This document shows, in pieces, positions 38,808-49,566 of a stretch of DNA of 64,000 nt; positions within the stretch are counted from its first letter, which is position 1; each line of letters opens with the position of its first letter. Location: positions 64,001 through 128,000 of the IMG/VR virus record IMGVR_UViG_3300042474_001633; one strand, written 5' to 3'. The stretch is from a virus. Under the pieces are notes generated by a model. The model was not told where the DNA came from, did no database searches, and was given only the letters and a program-made list of their open reading frames with translations. The position numbers and the translations under genes were made by a program.

Positions 38808-39356
38808 TTAACAGTCAATTAATCAAAAGTGATGCCAATAGTGGCTTGTGAAGCCATACACTAGTGCGCTCAATACAAAAGAAAGAAACGCGCACATGTC
38901 TGTACTCAATGAACTCATCCTTGCACTTAGAAAAGAACGCAAAAGTAGCTCGAGGCTCCACGACAGGGCGTCTATCGAAATGCGGGTTCGCAAAAGAGAG
39001 CACGACTTCTTCCTGAGTGGACGTCACACGTATTCAGCGAACACTCAGACAATTGGATAAATCTATCCGAAACTAAGTGAGCTAAAAAAATCTCACGCGC
39101 GCTCCCCCCCACCCGGCCGGTAGCCGGAAAGTTTGCAATCGGGGCTATCAGGTGAGACAACCAAACAGCCTTACCGACCGTTGCATTTATTGCGTTTAGA
39201 TTCCTGACAGTGCAAGCAACAACTTACAAAACATCATCCAGAATATTGTCCAGATTACTGCTGACTATATAAGCTAGTTTTTGCTATAACAAACGACAAC
39301 CATATAGCCAGACTGTTGCTTCGTCCAAATATACAAACGTCAGACTTGCTGCTGTG

Positions 39357-39995
39357 TTAATCGAATATCTGACAATAAAAGCCCGACTCAATTAGTCCGT
39401 GTGACAAAGTGTTGTAGAACTCTTGTGCATCGAATGGTTCTTGCTCTTGCTCTATCGAACTAATTACCTTGCTAAACATATTGGGATACTTGCCGTCCTG
39501 TGACCGCACCATTGTTGAGCCAGGTTCGTACTCCTCATCAGCCCATACGACCATACGTGGCACGTCATACTTGTAGGTCTTGACCACGAATGTCACACGC
39601 TCTACGTCCACATGCATGACCGTTAGGCACTCGCCTACGTTGTACTCAGGGTCGACGAACGCCTCCCTCAACTCGACACCCTTTGTCAATGAAGGGTCAT
39701 GGCTTACGTATGCCTCGGATACCAGAGTAAACTCGTCGATGCCCCAGCCCTTACGGGTGACCAAAGCAGCAGTCGCTATAGCATCGAAGCGTTGCTCTGG
39801 TGTTGCCTTCTGTATGTCAGCCCTCAGCTGCATCATCAGCTTGAGTCTGTCGTCCTTCCAGCAGAAGATACTGATAGGTAGGTCCTCGCCTATGCCGAAC
39901 TCTTTGACCGACTCATTCTTTGCCTCAACACCAGACATTAAAGCCAGAGCAATCTTGTCAAGACGATTATAGAATGAATCCAACCTCACACTCAA
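39357..39995 (-). CDS. hypothetical protein (start uncertain)
   Basis: 212-aa ORF with protein-like composition. Confidence 0.65.
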   Translation of the reverse strand: MSVRLDSFYNRLDKIALALMSGVEAKNESVKEFGIGEDLPISIFCWKDDRLKLMMQLRADIQKATPEQRFDAIATAALVTRKGWGIDEFTLVSEAYVSHDPSLTKGVELREAFVDPEYNVGECLTVMHVDVERVTFVVKTYKYDVPRMVVWADEEYEPGSTMVRSQDGKYPNMFSKVISSIEQEQEPFDAQEFYNTLSHGLIESGFYCQIFD

Positions 39996-40053
39996 CGCTA
40001 CATCACGTCAAGGTTCCGCCAGAAGTGCCTACGGGTGTACTAGCGTTTACGCC

Positions 40054-40281
40054 ATGACAACAAAGAAAACATCCAGCAATAAGACAACGAAGAAGGCAGC
40101 GCCAAAGAAGAAGGCTGTTGCCAAGAAGAAGACTCCTGCAAAGAAGAAGCCAGATGCAGCCAAGGTTGAAGAAACCGTTGTTGTGCCTGTCGTCAAGCAA
40201 GAGCCAGCAGTTGTTATCTACGCAGGTGATGTAAAGAACCCCAAGACGAAGCGTCGCTTCCTCAGCTGGTTCAAGTTCTAA
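40054..40281 (+). CDS. Lys/Ala-rich histone-like small protein
   Basis: KKAAPKKKAVAKKK repeats; TAGCGT 7 nt before ATG (leaderless). Confidence 0.65.
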   Translation: MTTKKTSSNKTTKKAAPKKKAVAKKKTPAKKKPDAAKVEETVVVPVVKQEPAVVIYAGDVKNPKTKRRFLSWFKF

Positions 40282-40665
40282 CTAGAACTCATCATCTTCT
40301 AGTTCAGCAAAGTCCCTCTTGTCTCTGTGAGCAAGAAGGTCGACTGCTTGTAGGCCGTTGCTGGTTATGCGCCAAGCTCCCTCATACACGCTTTCCGCAA
40401 AACCCCTGCGCTCAAGAGTCCTTAGGATTCGAGCTGCATCAGAGGGGCCCTTGAAGAATCGAGGGAACATGTCCTTTGTTTGCTTCGCAGTAGCAGGCAT
40501 GCCACGCTTCATCTTTAAATAATGCAATACTGACTTGGTTGGTGTAGAGCCTCGCTTAATAAACACTACGGGCTTAAAGTGTGGCAATCGATTCGGTTTT
40601 GAGATTATGTATCTCGAGCGACTCTTTGTCATACTGCAGCTTATCAATTTCCTACAGAAACACAA
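40282..40665 (-). CDS. winged-helix protein (start uncertain)
   Basis: ARILRTLERRGF..WRITSNG wHTH pattern. Confidence 0.55.
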   Translation of the reverse strand: MCFCRKLISCSMTKSRSRYIISKPNRLPHFKPVVFIKRGSTPTKSVLHYLKMKRGMPATAKQTKDMFPRFFKGPSDAARILRTLERRGFAESVYEGAWRITSNGLQAVDLLAHRDKRDFAELEDDEF

Positions 40666-40683
40666 CAGGTGTAGAATTGTCGA

Positions 40684-41001
40684 ATGTCAGACATGTTCTA
40701 TTCGCAAGACACAATCTATGGCGATATCCAATTCCATAGAGCAACTAGGGAACCTTGCCTGGTCTGTGGACACCCTACGGGTGACTGCACACCAGAAGAC
40801 CACAACCCACAGGATATCCACATAGCATTCGCATCAGTCGAATCTGCAACGCTTAGCGACATTCGCACAATATACGTCGACGAAGATATTTGGGGAGAAA
40901 GACAGATTACTCCTTTCACGACTGCTAGGGTACTGCTCGCAAGAAAGGGACAACAAGTCACGCTTGAAAAAGCTAAAGAGTTGGGAATAGAAATCAACTA
41001 G
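40684..41001 (+). CDS. hypothetical protein with CxxCGH..C motif
   Basis: TAGAAT-N6-ATG leaderless start. Confidence 0.6.
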   Translation: MSDMFYSQDTIYGDIQFHRATREPCLVCGHPTGDCTPEDHNPQDIHIAFASVESATLSDIRTIYVDEDIWGERQITPFTTARVLLARKGQQVTLEKAKELGIEIN

Positions 41002-41068
41002 ACGCATGACTTTGTTTTCTCATATAAACTTGTAAACCCACTCAATCCCTACGTAAAGGAAATTAATA

Positions 41069-42994
41069 ATGTCGTTGCTCACTCCAGAATTCATTGCAAG
41101 CTATGCCAACAAGAAAACACCCTGGGGTTTTGGTGGACTTGGAGAAGTCGTTTACCTACGTACATACAGTCGCCCAATCGAGGAGATGAATCGCAATGAG
41201 ACTTGGACCGAAACTGTCGTACGGGCTATCAACGGTGCTGTCGAAATTGGCACACCGCTCACACAACAAGAAGCAGAAACGCTATTCGACCACATGTTCA
41301 ATCTGCGCTGCTCACTCTCCGGCCGAGCACTTTGGCAACTTGGAACGCCACTGGTCAAGAAGTTCAATGCGACGTCGCTAAACAACTGCTACTTCACCAA
41401 CATCGAAACAATCGAAGACTTTGAATTACTGTTTGAGTACCTAATGCTTGGTGGTGGCGTTGGATTCTCTGTTGAGCGCTCCAAGATTCACGACTTGCCA
41501 AAGGTTAAGTCAGGCGTGACAGTCACTCACGAACGCTCCAACGATGCAGACATCATCGTCCCAGATTCGCGTCAAGGTTGGAAGCGACTCTTGCATGCAG
41601 TGTTGAAGTCATATTTCGACACGGGTAAGTCTTTCTCATACTCCACAATTCTTATTCGTGAATTCGGTGCACCACTCAAGACATTCGGTGGCACAGCATC
41701 AGGTCCAGGCGCACTCATCGAAGGGATTGCAGACATATCAAAGGTGATGCAGAATCGTGAAGGCAAGAAGCTTCGCTCTATTGACGTACTTGACATTTGC
41801 AACATCATTGGTCGCATTGTCGTGTCTGGCTCGTCGCGCCGTTCAGCGCAGATTGCAATCGGAGACCCAGATGACGTGCTTTTCCTTCGTGCCAAGAATT
41901 GGTCTACGGGTACTGTCCCTGCATATCGCGCCAACTCCAACAACAGCATCTATGCAGACGCCTACGAAGAAATCATGCCAGAACTGTGGAAGGGATACGA
42001 TGGTTCAGGTGAGCCATATGGTCTCGTTAACCGCAAGCTTGCACGCACGTACGGTCGCCTTGGCGAGAAGATGACAGATAACACAATCGAGGGATTCAAC
42101 CCCTGTGCGGAGATTGCTCTTGCTGATGGCGAGTCATGCAACCTCTCTACCATCTTCTTGCCAAACGTCGAATCAGTAGAGCAACTCAAGGAGATTTCGA
42201 CACTCCTCTATAAGATTCAAAAGCAAATCACTCGTCTTGATTATCCGTATGCAAAGACCACAGAGATTGTTCGTAAAAACGCTCGTCTTGGTCAAAGCGT
42301 TACGGGTATCCTCCAGGTCGAAGAGGAAAAGATTCAGTGGCTTGATGAGGCCTATGTGAACCTCCGTGAGTTCGACAAGAAGTACTCAGCGGAGAATGGA
42401 TGGCCAGAATCAGTACGCTTGACTACGGTCCAACCATCAGGGACGCTGGCCCTTCTCCCAGGCAATACACCTGGCATACACCCAGGATTTGCGCAGTACT
42501 ACATTCGTCGTGTTCGTTTCGGTGCCGCCGACCCGCTAGTGGCAGGTTGCCGTGCTCGCGGGTACAAGGTGCTCTGGGATATTGGCATAGATGGACGTGA
42601 AGACCACACCAAGTATGTGGTCGAGTTCCCATGCGAGTCACCAGAGGGCGCAGTGTTGGCAGCCAGCATGACTGCCATCGAACAGCTTGAATGGGTCAAA
42701 AAGATGCAGACCGTATGGGCAGATAATGCCGTATCGGTAACTGTGTACTACCGCAAGGAAGAGCTTGACTCTATCCGTGAATGGTTGTCCAAGAACTATG
42801 ACAAAGGTGTAAAATCGGTGTCGTTCCTTCTCCACAGTGACCACAACTTCCCACTCCCTCCATACGAGGAGATAACCAAAGATGAATACACAAAGATGGT
42901 CTCCAAAATCGACTTCAGCGTCCCCCTCGTATCATCACAGTCGGAGCTGTTGGACCTGGGAGACTGCAGTACGGGCGCCTGTCCGGTACGATAG
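41069..42994 (+). CDS. nrdJ: class II (adenosylcobalamin-dependent) ribonucleotide reductase
   Basis: NNCYF, GGGVGF, NPCAEI, TTVQPSGT and C-terminal C..GACP. Confidence 0.92.
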   Translation: MSLLTPEFIASYANKKTPWGFGGLGEVVYLRTYSRPIEEMNRNETWTETVVRAINGAVEIGTPLTQQEAETLFDHMFNLRCSLSGRALWQLGTPLVKKFNATSLNNCYFTNIETIEDFELLFEYLMLGGGVGFSVERSKIHDLPKVKSGVTVTHERSNDADIIVPDSRQGWKRLLHAVLKSYFDTGKSFSYSTILIREFGAPLKTFGGTASGPGALIEGIADISKVMQNREGKKLRSIDVLDICNIIGRIVVSGSSRRSAQIAIGDPDDVLFLRAKNWSTGTVPAYRANSNNSIYADAYEEIMPELWKGYDGSGEPYGLVNRKLARTYGRLGEKMTDNTIEGFNPCAEIALADGESCNLSTIFLPNVESVEQLKEISTLLYKIQKQITRLDYPYAKTTEIVRKNARLGQSVTGILQVEEEKIQWLDEAYVNLREFDKKYSAENGWPESVRLTTVQPSGTLALLPGNTPGIHPGFAQYYIRRVRFGAADPLVAGCRARGYKVLWDIGIDGREDHTKYVVEFPCESPEGAVLAASMTAIEQLEWVKKMQTVWADNAVSVTVYYRKEELDSIREWLSKNYDKGVKSVSFLLHSDHNFPLPPYEEITKDEYTKMVSKIDFSVPLVSSQSELLDLGDCSTGACPVR

Positions 42995-42999
42995 TAGTC

Positions 43000-43317
43000 A
43001 TGGTCGAAAAAGTAACAAGCGATTCGCTTCCAGATTTCTTAGATGGCGACAAGCACGTCATCATTGACTTCTGGGCGCCTTGGTGTGGTCCGTGCAGCGT
43101 CATGAAACCGCAATTCGAGTCATTTGGGAAAAAACACTCTATGCACTTCAAGACCGGAACAGTAAATATCGACGATTACCCAGAGATTGCCCAGATATTC
43201 AATATCTTCAGTATTCCGACTATCGTAGTTTTCAAGGACGGCACGCCAGTCAAGACACTTACGGGCGCACGAGGCGAAAGCCAGCTTGAAAGAGAACTAA
43301 AAGAATACATGTCGTGA
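43000..43317 (+). CDS. trxA: thioredoxin
   Basis: DFWAPWCGPC and SIPT. Confidence 0.95.
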   Translation: MVEKVTSDSLPDFLDGDKHVIIDFWAPWCGPCSVMKPQFESFGKKHSMHFKTGTVNIDDYPEIAQIFNIFSIPTIVVFKDGTPVKTLTGARGESQLERELKEYMS

Positions 43318-43416
43318 CCACTCTGATGTATTACGTCGGGTTTGGATTAGGTCTTTTCCATGGAGTCCTTATAGGTATGCTTGTATATAGACATAGCTAT
43401 TTAAAGGATTTGGATA

Positions 43417-44256
43417 ATGGACGAAAACCGAATGCTCACCAGCGTGCTGCAGTTAAGAGCAAGCGAGTTAAACAACGCGTTTCTTGATGGCGTGCAAGGC
43501 GCAGGCCTAAAAGAAGCACGGGCCAGTTGGCTGAAGTTTAGGCAGCAAAACGAATTCGGCTCATACGCCAACCTCCTTACTCTTCCCAGTGTTCAGCACA
43601 AGCTGAAGAAGTCAAAGATATACACAGTTGGTCTGACGATTCAGCACGCCAATGTTTCCGGTATTGAGACATGTGCCTGGCGCGGCCATTGCACAAGCGT
43701 TTGCGTTCTAGACAACGGCAACGGGCGATACAACAGTGTGCAAAAAGCTCGCAATGTAAAGACCCAGTTCCTAGCCAAGCACCCAACAGACTTTGTGCGC
43801 ATACTTGGTTCCGAGATTAAGAAGCACTCCAATGAACAAGATACGGTGCTTGTCAGACTTAACGTAAATAGCGATTTGCGTTGGTACAACATTCTTACGT
43901 CTTTAGCCAACAACGAAGCCGGAATGGACAACGTATTTGTATATGACTACACCAAGAACCCAGCAATTCTAAGCGGAGACGGAATGGTTGGAAGTCGCTA
44001 CAGAGTTGTCTATAGCGTCAACGAGAACAGCGACATGGACAAGGTTCAGTCATTCATACGCAATGGTGGAACCGCAGCCATCGTGACCAATAGACACAAG
44101 ACGCAAAAGACTATGGATTCATACAACGGTCTTCCATTGGTAGACGGAGACCTGTCAGATGACAGATACAACGAGAAAGGCGTATGGGTGGACCTTGCAG
44201 CTAAGGGCAAAGCCAGAACCATGGGTGACGTTGGATTCGTTAGGAACCTGTACTAG
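43417..44256 (+). CDS. GP88-like phage Cys-cluster protein
   Basis: C-x5-C-x3-C..G.G, VRLNVNSD and YDYTK. Confidence 0.65.
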   Translation: MDENRMLTSVLQLRASELNNAFLDGVQGAGLKEARASWLKFRQQNEFGSYANLLTLPSVQHKLKKSKIYTVGLTIQHANVSGIETCAWRGHCTSVCVLDNGNGRYNSVQKARNVKTQFLAKHPTDFVRILGSEIKKHSNEQDTVLVRLNVNSDLRWYNILTSLANNEAGMDNVFVYDYTKNPAILSGDGMVGSRYRVVYSVNENSDMDKVQSFIRNGGTAAIVTNRHKTQKTMDSYNGLPLVDGDLSDDRYNEKGVWVDLAAKGKARTMGDVGFVRNLY

Positions 44257-45020
44257 TAGTCAGCGTGCGAGCGTACGAAATCCATAAGACGCTCAGCAGT
44301 TGTATTCCCGGCGTACACGGGTGAACTGCGCAGATAGCGTATGAACTGGTACCAGTCCTTCTGCTGTTCAGGGGTGTCAAAGACAAGAGTGTATTGAACA
44401 ATCGCTTGCGATGAAGTGCTTGCCCCAACTGCTGCACTACCACGGATTGCTGCATCTCCTGAATCTATGTTTGAATTAGCAGTGAACCTCTGCTCGCCAT
44501 CTGCACCTTCTTCAACCTCGACATTGTCGAAATTGACAGTGTTCTGCATAACAGGAGCAATATAGCCTCTTTGCTCGTTCTCGTCTTCTTCGTTGTTCTT
44601 GGTTTGCCATTCAGTCATGGCGGCCATCTCAAAGTCATCCCACTTTAAGTCGTCCAGCAGTGCCGAATACTCGTTTCCAAGCTCCGCAATCATATCGATT
44701 ACCTGACCCTGGTCGGTATTCCCGAGTTCCATGGTTCTATTGTCGGCAAGAGCAAAAGCTATAGCGCGCTGGTCGTCACCATCCAACACAACAGCAGCTA
44801 TCTCATTCCAACCAAGCTTCTTTGCGGCCTGTAGCTGGTGGTTACCGGCGATGACTGTGTACGTGCCATCCTCGTTGTCTTTCACAACGATTGGCTTAAC
44901 CTGCCCAAACTCTGAATAGGATGCCGCAATCGCGTCGACATCACCTCTGCGTGGGTTGCCTTCGAGTGGGAGCAGCGAGTCGATAGACATCGCCAGCTTC
45001 TTGATTGATGGATGTATCAT
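44253..45020 (-). CDS. ParB/Srx N-terminal domain protein
   Basis: NPRRGDV..FGQVKPIVV..VIAGNH..ALADN. Confidence 0.85.
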   Translation of the reverse strand: MIHPSIKKLAMSIDSLLPLEGNPRRGDVDAIAASYSEFGQVKPIVVKDNEDGTYTVIAGNHQLQAAKKLGWNEIAAVVLDGDDQRAIAFALADNRTMELGNTDQGQVIDMIAELGNEYSALLDDLKWDDFEMAAMTEWQTKNNEEDENEQRGYIAPVMQNTVNFDNVEVEEGADGEQRFTANSNIDSGDAAIRGSAAVGASTSSQAIVQYTLVFDTPEQQKDWYQFIRYLRSSPVYAGNTTAERLMDFVRSHADY

Positions 45021-45634
45021 TCCCCAGATTCTAGTTCAATCAGTTCGGCATCAATAGCAGCAGGTATGTCTTTGGCTTGCCCGAGAATACCGTCTACGTA
45101 CTCTTTAGTGAGCACGCCGCTATTCCCCATTATCTCAAGCAACTTACGGGCTTCTGCTTCTGGGGAGAACTGCGTCTTGATGTCGTTTGCTACGGCACCA
45201 GCAAGGGTTGCCCTAATTGGCGCAGTTGCAGACACGTCCATCTGTACGTTGATGTTGTTCTGGTCCATGCCAAGCAGGCGCGAACGTCTATCAATTATGG
45301 AAAGCATGGTCTGAACCGCCTTCAGGTCTGGCTCAATCTGTATCTCTGTGCCATCGTCGGCCTTCACCTTTCGATACTGCGTTAAAGGCCACACCGACTG
45401 TTGCAATGCATCGAGTCTCTCTAGCTCCATCCGGAGAACTTCTGGGTAAGCCATCAAGGCTTCCTTGTTCAGCTTCTCTAGCTGTCTACGAATTGCCACG
45501 CCTACAGCAGACGTGGTCATACCAAACCTTCTGGCAATCTCATTGCTAGCCACACCGGCTTGCCTCATCTTAAATATGCGTAAATCCCTCTCTACGAGGA
45601 ATTCTCGCGTTAAGGGCTTTTTTTCTGTGGCCAT
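45017..45634 (-). CDS. HTH protein, terminase small subunit-like
   Basis: N-terminal HTH, ELERLD.L..WP and RRSRLLGMD. Confidence 0.55.
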   Translation of the reverse strand: MATEKKPLTREFLVERDLRIFKMRQAGVASNEIARRFGMTTSAVGVAIRRQLEKLNKEALMAYPEVLRMELERLDALQQSVWPLTQYRKVKADDGTEIQIEPDLKAVQTMLSIIDRRSRLLGMDQNNINVQMDVSATAPIRATLAGAVANDIKTQFSPEAEARKLLEIMGNSGVLTKEYVDGILGQAKDIPAAIDAELIELESGE

Positions 45635-45636
45635 TA

Positions 45637-47472
45637 TTACTCCTTCATAAATTCTAGAACCTCAAATGGCAAGCGGAGGCTACGTTTCATCTTTGTCGGC
45701 CATGCGCGCTTGTCACGGGCACCACGGAAATGCTTCACATCATAAACATAGCCTTCCGGACTCAGTGGGTCTGGCGTAATCGAGATACCGAATTCCGGCC
45801 AACGAGACCATACGGAAGAACCAAACGGACGAAGTTCACGTGTTGAATTGGAAGCACCAAGTGGCGCATGGTGTTCCAGCCATAGCGCGCACCCATATAC
45901 ATCGCGGATGTGGTCCAGGAACTTTGCTACCTCAACAGCAAGAGCTTCGCTTGTTAGTGAGCCGTTGTCGACATACGCCTTGTACAAGGGTCCAAGGCAA
46001 ATTAGCCCTGGCTTGATTTTATCCACGAGTTGCTCAACGAACGCCCTGTCCTTGGCTGAAGCCAAATCCAAACCAGAAGGATGAATGTGTAGATGGGCGT
46101 CAACCGTCTTGGCGTGAGACAGGCGAATTGACTGCTCCATGATTGTTCGTGATGTGCGACGAATAATTCGTGCAGGGTTTTCTAGGTCAATTGTTAGCGT
46201 CGTCACGGGTGGCATTGGCTGAAATGTAAATGGATGCAATCCGGCAGCACAAGCTATTGCTACTTGACGCGCAAGCATCGTCTTTCCTACGCCCTCAGCG
46301 GCGACAACGATTACGCGCTCTTGCTTCTCCAGCAAACCTGGGATAATCCATTCGTAAGAGTCATCCTCTGCCTCAAGCAAGAACTCCTGCCAGTTAACAG
46401 TGCGCCCATAGTCCTCAAACGAGGCCGTAGTGAAGCTACTTGCGGCATGCGTAATTCGACTGAGCTTCTGCTGCAAAGACAAACGCTCGGATGCGACAAT
46501 CTCCTGAATCTGTTCCAGGAGTTTGTCCTCTGGTTTTATCTCACTGGCCTCATTCTTTTCTTCATCCGACAGTTCCATTTCTTCTTGGACCACTTCATTG
46601 TCGGGCTCATCACTTACATACGACTCAAGTTTGAACATGGTCTCCATGTCAATGGCGTGCCCCATGGCGACGTGGTCGGATATATCTTTTGCGTGCTTGG
46701 ATACGAATACAGTTGCATTGCCACCGGCGGCATTGATTTCATCGCGAACGCTAATCGCATGTCGCTTGCCAGGGTCGTCATTATCGGCAATAATGCAAAC
46801 AGCAGTAGCTGCAGCCAGGGTCATCGTGTAGTCAGGCTGCCAAGCGTTCGCTCCGTTGGTCATGGTTGTTGCTGGTATACCGAACTTCTCAAGCATTGTG
46901 TCAGCGTCTTTTTCGCCCTCAACAAGCCATACATCTTCGTTGTTGGCAATTTCTTTTAACAGCTCAGGAAGGCGATACAGAACCTTACGGGTGTCGTTTA
47001 GGTTGTACAGGTATTCGCCTGGATTATCCGGGTCAGGACGTCGATGCGCGAATGACTTCTTACCATCGTCGGTTTGATAGCGAAGTTTTTCATACAGAAC
47101 GTTTCCATCTTCATCATGGTACTGATAGGTCTTGACGAGCTTTCGTTTCTGTTTTGGCGCCGACACAGGTGAAACACTAGCGGCTTTGAATGGCTTAGCT
47201 GATTTTTCCTTGCGCTCGTAGTCGTCGCGGTCTTTTGCAAATCCATCTTTGACCAGGTCAAGACCGCACGATTCGAATATCTTTTGTGCATCACAGAGGC
47301 CCTTATGGCAGTAAACAAGTGCTTCGTCATCGTTGCCAACTTTTACTGCAAGCGAGGGAGTATCGTCATCGTTTCTGCAAGGACATGCCGCCATCCACTG
47401 CCCGTTGGCCTCTCGAACATTGCTAAGACGAGAAAGTAGTTTTGCTACTGGTTCAGATTGATAAAGGGCCAC
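45637..47472 (-). CDS. DNA primase-helicase (Zn finger + TOPRIM + RecA-like AAA)
   Basis: CPC..PSL, LVEGEKD, IIADND.PG and AAEGVGKT. Confidence 0.88.
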   Translation of the reverse strand: MALYQSEPVAKLLSRLSNVREANGQWMAACPCRNDDDTPSLAVKVGNDDEALVYCHKGLCDAQKIFESCGLDLVKDGFAKDRDDYERKEKSAKPFKAASVSPVSAPKQKRKLVKTYQYHDEDGNVLYEKLRYQTDDGKKSFAHRRPDPDNPGEYLYNLNDTRKVLYRLPELLKEIANNEDVWLVEGEKDADTMLEKFGIPATTMTNGANAWQPDYTMTLAAATAVCIIADNDDPGKRHAISVRDEINAAGGNATVFVSKHAKDISDHVAMGHAIDMETMFKLESYVSDEPDNEVVQEEMELSDEEKNEASEIKPEDKLLEQIQEIVASERLSLQQKLSRITHAASSFTTASFEDYGRTVNWQEFLLEAEDDSYEWIIPGLLEKQERVIVVAAEGVGKTMLARQVAIACAAGLHPFTFQPMPPVTTLTIDLENPARIIRRTSRTIMEQSIRLSHAKTVDAHLHIHPSGLDLASAKDRAFVEQLVDKIKPGLICLGPLYKAYVDNGSLTSEALAVEVAKFLDHIRDVYGCALWLEHHAPLGASNSTRELRPFGSSVWSRWPEFGISITPDPLSPEGYVYDVKHFRGARDKRAWPTKMKRSLRLPFEVLEFMKE

Positions 47473-47848
47473 GAGGTCCTAATTCTATTTGTTTGCGCAT
47501 CTCCGAATACGGAGGATGAATATGCGCTCGCTCCATCGAATGCGCTCGTTGGATAGCCGTGCGAGCCCTGCTGCGTCGCTTAACGGAAAGCCCACCCCAT
47601 ATACCATGAACGCTCGGATTATCTATTGCAAAGTCACCACACTTGCGCTTCTCGTCGCATGAATTGCAAATTTCTATTGCCCTCGCGGTGTTGTTGCGGA
47701 TTGACGCGCCACCATCCTTTTCAGGAAACCACCACTCTGTTGGCAAACCAGCACACGCTGCATTCTTAAATACTGGGACATCGAGTGGCTCTGGCAGTTG
47801 CCAATTGCTGTTGACCAGATTAATCAGTGTCTTGCGGTCTATTGTCAT
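47453..47848 (-). CDS. whiB: WhiB-family transcription factor
   Basis: AAC..WWFP..IC..C...C..GIWGG. Confidence 0.9.
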   Translation of the reverse strand: MTIDRKTLINLVNSNWQLPEPLDVPVFKNAACAGLPTEWWFPEKDGGASIRNNTARAIEICNSCDEKRKCGDFAIDNPSVHGIWGGLSVKRRSRARTAIQRAHSMERAHIHPPYSEMRKQIELGPRGPLSI

Positions 47849-47872
47849 ACTCCCCCTTGGATGCGTTTAGGT

Positions 47873-47901
47873 ATCCTAACCCCAAGGGAAAGACATGTCA
47901 A
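47873..47901 (-). promoter_or_regulatory. sigma70-type promoter for whiB-primase operon
   Basis: TTGACA-N17-TAGGAT. Confidence 0.7.
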
Positions 47902-47902
47902 C

Positions 47903-48385
47903 CTATTGAGACAGTTTCTTGAAAACCTTCCAAGCAATATTGCGCATTTGTTTGCGGAATCTTTTCTTCGGGCTTCCAGACTTAGAATAAAGCTCCACGA
48001 AATCACTCATTGCATGTTCCGATAGAAAAGCAACTTTGTGTATTAACTCTGAATACTGGTCAGAGTTCGCGTAGTAAGACCATATCTCCTCATCGAATGT
48101 TTCATGACGATAAAACATGTAGTCGTCGAGAGCGTTCTTGTCGGCGATTATTTCAGTTCGCCAGCCCATCTTGCGCTCAACACACGATAAGACCTCAAGC
48201 AATGTATTGGTCCCACCGAACTCATATGCATTTCTTACGAATGTGCCAATAACGCGACTCTCAAACATGCTTTTTTGCAACTCGGACATTGGTGAATCTT
48301 CGTCCCCATCTCGTTCATAGGACTCATCGTCAAGCCCTGCTATATCTTCTTCGTCCCACTCTGAGTAATCATCATTGGATGCCAT
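47903..48385 (-). CDS. hypothetical protein
   Basis: Packed 160-aa ORF. Confidence 0.6.
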   Translation of the reverse strand: MASNDDYSEWDEEDIAGLDDESYERDGDEDSPMSELQKSMFESRVIGTFVRNAYEFGGTNTLLEVLSCVERKMGWRTEIIADKNALDDYMFYRHETFDEEIWSYYANSDQYSELIHKVAFLSEHAMSDFVELYSKSGSPKKRFRKQMRNIAWKVFKKLSQ

Positions 48386-48389
48386 CCAA

Positions 48390-49415
48390 CTAGGATATCA
48401 CCACGCGATGTGCGAGCAACTTCTTTTGCGTAATTGCTGATGTGTCATCCATTGACGCAACTGCACTTGAAGCATTGTCTACAGAACGATAGAAATCCAA
48501 GTACTCGACAACAGCGTTGTACGTCGACCAGGCATTAAATCCGAACTTGGCAGCGTTTCGGTCGTTTATATAAATAGAGCGAATCGTTTCGTGAATGGAG
48601 TCGCGTGTTTTTCTCTGGCGCTCCGTTTCTTTGGCTGCTTGAGGGAAAACTGTGTTTATAACGTCATCGAGTTTCTTTGAACCCATGGGAACTGGGATGC
48701 CCAGCATTCTCTCTGCCTCTATAGAAAACTCGCGTCCCCACGTGGATGAAAGCTTCAGTACATTGCGTGCGTCTTCAATTGTGGCATCAACATTTCTTGT
48801 GTGTCTTGCTACGAACACCCTCTCCGCTTTCTGTAAGCCGAGAACCACGGTATTACTACACACAGCGCGAATGTCAGTATTTGCATAGCGAATCGGCCAT
48901 ACGCCGTCGTGTCCCGAACTTACGACTAGATAGCGAGCAATCTTGTCATTAACACCCTGTGGGTCAATAACGATTCCGCCCAGTTCAACAGTTGCAAAGA
49001 ATCGTGCACCATTCTTTAGAACACCAACGGTATCCATTACTGCATCACCGCTTGATGCGCCGACGATAGCGAGTGCGCGCTCTAGAACTTCGCGATTCTG
49101 ACGCACCTCATAACGCGTGCCGACTGTTGCCAGGGGATTAAAAGAGCCATCAGTGTTCTGACGAACTGTTGCTCTGCTGTCTTCAATCACCAGGACGCTT
49201 CCGTCTGCATTGCGAATCAAGTTGCCTTCGTCATCAACGGCTGCTACGCGGGTGAGAATAACATCGAAGTCTGCTTCTGCGGCCTGGAGCATTGCCTCCA
49301 TGGTCTGCAATCCGGCCATGGGTGTGCCAAGCCGATGCCATGGGGCTCTTCGGTCGCCGCCAAGGGCATATGCCATTCGGGCTTTTCCTTTAATTACTTC
49401 GAGTTCGTGTGCCAT
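48390..49415 (-). CDS. DUF932 family phage/plasmid protein
   Basis: MAHELE..PWHRLG..HDG..RAVCSNT..HT..AWSTYNAVVEY. Confidence 0.85.
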   Translation of the reverse strand: MAHELEVIKGKARMAYALGGDRRAPWHRLGTPMAGLQTMEAMLQAAEADFDVILTRVAAVDDEGNLIRNADGSVLVIEDSRATVRQNTDGSFNPLATVGTRYEVRQNREVLERALAIVGASSGDAVMDTVGVLKNGARFFATVELGGIVIDPQGVNDKIARYLVVSSGHDGVWPIRYANTDIRAVCSNTVVLGLQKAERVFVARHTRNVDATIEDARNVLKLSSTWGREFSIEAERMLGIPVPMGSKKLDDVINTVFPQAAKETERQRKTRDSIHETIRSIYINDRNAAKFGFNAWSTYNAVVEYLDFYRSVDNASSAVASMDDTSAITQKKLLAHRVVIS

Positions 49416-49566
49416 GTTTGTTTACCTGCACCTACCTTATCACCGAATACTCATGCACTAGGATGTCTTCATCACGCAAGACACGTTCCGACTCTCGCCG
49501 GACTTCGGACGTACTCCGTGTTTGGTGGGGTGACATCGAAATTGGTGTCACCCCACCATTTTACAT

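Noticed and set aside
39061-39356. Non-coding gap as replication origin or ncRNA
   Set aside because: No iterons or convincing structure visible.
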